Below, piece by piece: positions 59,064 through 60,561 of a DNA stretch of 60,561 nucleotides. The stretch covers positions 1 to 60,561 of IMG/VR virus record IMGVR_UViG_3300034069_000591; one strand, written 5' to 3'. Position 1 is the first letter of the stretch, and every line of letters begins with the position of its first letter. The notes beneath the pieces were generated by a model. That model was given only the letters and a program-made list of their open reading frames with translations, was not told the origin of the DNA and made no database searches. This DNA is from a virus. A program made the translations under genes and the position numbers.

Positions 59064-59374
59064 GCGCCGTACTCCTCGCCCCCACCCTGACCGTCGGCGA
59101 CGCCGCGGAGGCGTTCACCCACGCGCGCCTCGGCGAGCAGCTCGTCTGCCGCGAGCCCGACGAGGACGGCGTCGAGACGCCCGGCCTCACCGCCTCCGAC
59201 TGGGGCGACGACGGCCCCCGCGAGAAGGACGCCGCGGTCGCCTGCATGCGGTGCGCGGTCGTCGCCGAGTGCGGGATCTACGCCCTCGTGGCCCGCGAGC
59301 CGCTCGGCGTCTGGGGCGGCATGACGAGCACCGAGCGTCGACGCATTCTCCGACGGTCCGGCGTCCGTCTCTGA
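59060..59374 (+). CDS. whiB: WhiB-family transcription factor
   Basis: Four Cys (C...CMRCAVVAEC) followed by GVWGGMTSTERRR. Confidence 0.85.
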   Translation: MSAVLLAPTLTVGDAAEAFTHARLGEQLVCREPDEDGVETPGLTASDWGDDGPREKDAAVACMRCAVVAECGIYALVAREPLGVWGGMTSTERRRILRRSGVRL

Positions 59375-59410
59375 CCCCCGACGGGGTGGCCCTCGGTCGT
59401 ACTCCCCCGG

Positions 59411-59423
59411 TAGACTCTGGGGC
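59411..59423 (+). promoter_or_regulatory. leaderless-type promoter (CCCCGGTAGACT)
   Basis: TAGACT ends 8 nt before ATG 59424. Confidence 0.55.
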
Positions 59424-60299
59424 ATGGGAACACCGCACTTCACTGTCCTGACCGACGGCCTCGACGAGGTCACATGGCGCGAGCAGCGCCGCCCCGGCGT
59501 TACCGCCACTGACGTCGCGCGACTGCACTCCGGCGGCGCCGGGACGTGGGCCGCGATCCGCGCCGAGAAGCAGGGCACCGAGCCCGACTTCACCTTCCCC
59601 GCGATGCAGCACGGCAAGGATCGCGAGCCCGTCATCGCCCGGTTCGCCGAGCGCCGGTTCGGTCTCCGCCCCTCGCGCGCCGTGCTCGCCGCGGTCGACG
59701 ATCCCCGGTGGCGGGCGACGCCCGACGGGATCGGCGACGCCGCCGTCGGCGAGTACAAGACCACCGTCGTCGACTGGCCCACCCTCGACGACCTCCCCGT
59801 CCCGTACTACGACCAGGCGACCTGGCAGATGCGCGTCACCGGCCTCCGCGAGGCGCACCTCGTGTTCGAGGCCCACGAGGGCGGGATTCCGCTCCACATG
59901 GAGCCGCGGTCGTTCCTGATCCGGTACGACGACGTCTACGCCCGCGAGCTCGAGGAGGTCGCCGAGCGGTTCCTCGCCGCGGACACCGCGCCGGACCCTC
60001 GCGCCGCCGAGCTCGACGCGCTGATCAGCCTCCACCTCGAGGCGAAGGCCCTCGAGAAGGCAGCGGCCGACCGCGTCGAGGCGATCGGGCAGCAGGTCCG
60101 CGACCTCGTCGGAGGCGACGAGGGCAAGTTCATATTCGAGGGCTCCTACGGCAACCTCACCCTCGGCAAGACCTCGACGCGCGCCGGGTTCGATCGCGCC
60201 GGCCTCGAGGCCGAGGCCCCCGAGCTCGCCAAGAAGTACGCCACCACCATCAGCGTCCGCGGGCGCCTCACGATCAGCGCCCGGAAGGCAGACCGATGA
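59424..60299 (+). CDS. YqaJ/lambda-Exo-like recombination exonuclease
   Basis: GVTATDVARL and the PD-(D/E)xK-like TPDGIGDAAVGEYKTT. ATG lies 8 nt after TAGACT. Confidence 0.85.
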   Translation: MGTPHFTVLTDGLDEVTWREQRRPGVTATDVARLHSGGAGTWAAIRAEKQGTEPDFTFPAMQHGKDREPVIARFAERRFGLRPSRAVLAAVDDPRWRATPDGIGDAAVGEYKTTVVDWPTLDDLPVPYYDQATWQMRVTGLREAHLVFEAHEGGIPLHMEPRSFLIRYDDVYARELEEVAERFLAADTAPDPRAAELDALISLHLEAKALEKAAADRVEAIGQQVRDLVGGDEGKFIFEGSYGNLTLGKTSTRAGFDRAGLEAEAPELAKKYATTISVRGRLTISARKADR

Positions 60300-60561
60300 C
60301 CGAGACCACGAGCACCTTCACCCCTCGCCCGGCCCCCGAGTCGCCCGGCGAGGGCCTCGCGCTGATGCGCACCCCGTTCCCCGTCAACCAGGTGTCGCTG
60401 CTCCCCCGCAACGTCCGCAAGTCCGTGCAGGGCGAGGACCGGTTCAAGTGCGAGCCCGGCTCCCCGGACTCCCGCAAGGCGTCGCTCGACGGCCGGTACT
60501 GCGGCGGCTACCACGCCCTCTCGATCCACCTCGACTACGTGGGCCACGCCGCGATCACCGA
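60296..60561 (+). CDS. Rad52/Sak-type annealase, 5' part (continues at position 1)
   Basis: ATG 60296 in an ATGA overlap. The ORF runs off the window end and is in frame with 1-613. Confidence 0.8.
   Translation, partial: MTETTSTFTPRPAPESPGEGLALMRTPFPVNQVSLLPRNVRKSVQGEDRFKCEPGSPDSRKASLDGRYCGGYHALSIHLDYVGHAAIT
60421..60561. repeat. Terminal overlap copy 2 (identical to 1-141)
   Basis: Same 141 nt as the window start. Confidence 0.95.

Noticed and set aside
1-60561. CRISPR arrays, integrase, transposase/IS elements, DNA polymerase, toxin-antitoxin pairs
   Set aside because: I looked for regularly spaced repeats and for the characteristic catalytic motifs and found none. Their absence is based on reading by eye only.

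Overview
Very GC-rich, actinobacteriophage-like genome of about 60.4 kb on a single contig. Positions 1-141 are identical to 60421-60561, and this repeat lies inside an ORF. The contig is therefore a circularised or permuted assembly with a 60,420-bp unit, not a genome with a biological terminal repeat. All credible genes (about 124 CDS plus one tRNA-like element) are on the + strand. They are tightly tiled, very often with 4-nt ATGA/GTGA stop-start overlaps. Long ORFs on the minus strand and in alternative frames look like GC-composition shadows.

Modules in window order:
- Recombination: YqaJ-type exonuclease 59424-60299, a Rad52-like annealase running from 60296 across the junction to 613, an HNH endonuclease, and a RuvC-like resolvase.
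- About 60 small early ORFs (4.4-22.4 kb), including an RHH protein, an ASCH protein and a TerS-like HTH protein.
- Packaging and head: LuxR-type HTH, TerL, HNH, portal, MuF, a 2H-phosphoesterase::XkdF-like fusion, scaffold, decoration protein, and a lambda-E-like major capsid protein.
- Connector and tail: two tail-tube paralogues, a G/GT chaperone with a -1 frameshift, a 1237-aa tape measure, Dit, and minor tail proteins.
- An M15+LysM endolysin, followed by a non-canonical tRNA-Tyr-like element.
- A six-gene DNA (thymidine) hypermodification operon: ParB-N::RHH x2, a TET/JBP-like dioxygenase, an aGPT-Pplase-like protein, an FAD oxidoreductase and a P-loop kinase.
- A canonical ParB.
- A second membrane/peptidoglycan-binding cluster interrupted by an HNH gene and a 361-bp structured non-coding region.
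- Replication genes: a wHTH initiator-like protein, a DnaB-like helicase and WhiB.

I saw no integrase, DNA polymerase, CI-like repressor or CRISPR array.

The most striking sequence-level signal is a regulatory grammar. At least 24 genes that follow an intergenic gap have a TANNNT-like hexamer ending exactly 7-8 nt before their ATG/GTG and have no Shine-Dalgarno sequence (leaderless-type promoters). These fall into several conserved sub-families and are usually preceded by a GC-rich hairpin. All function calls rest on motifs read by eye; no database search was run.
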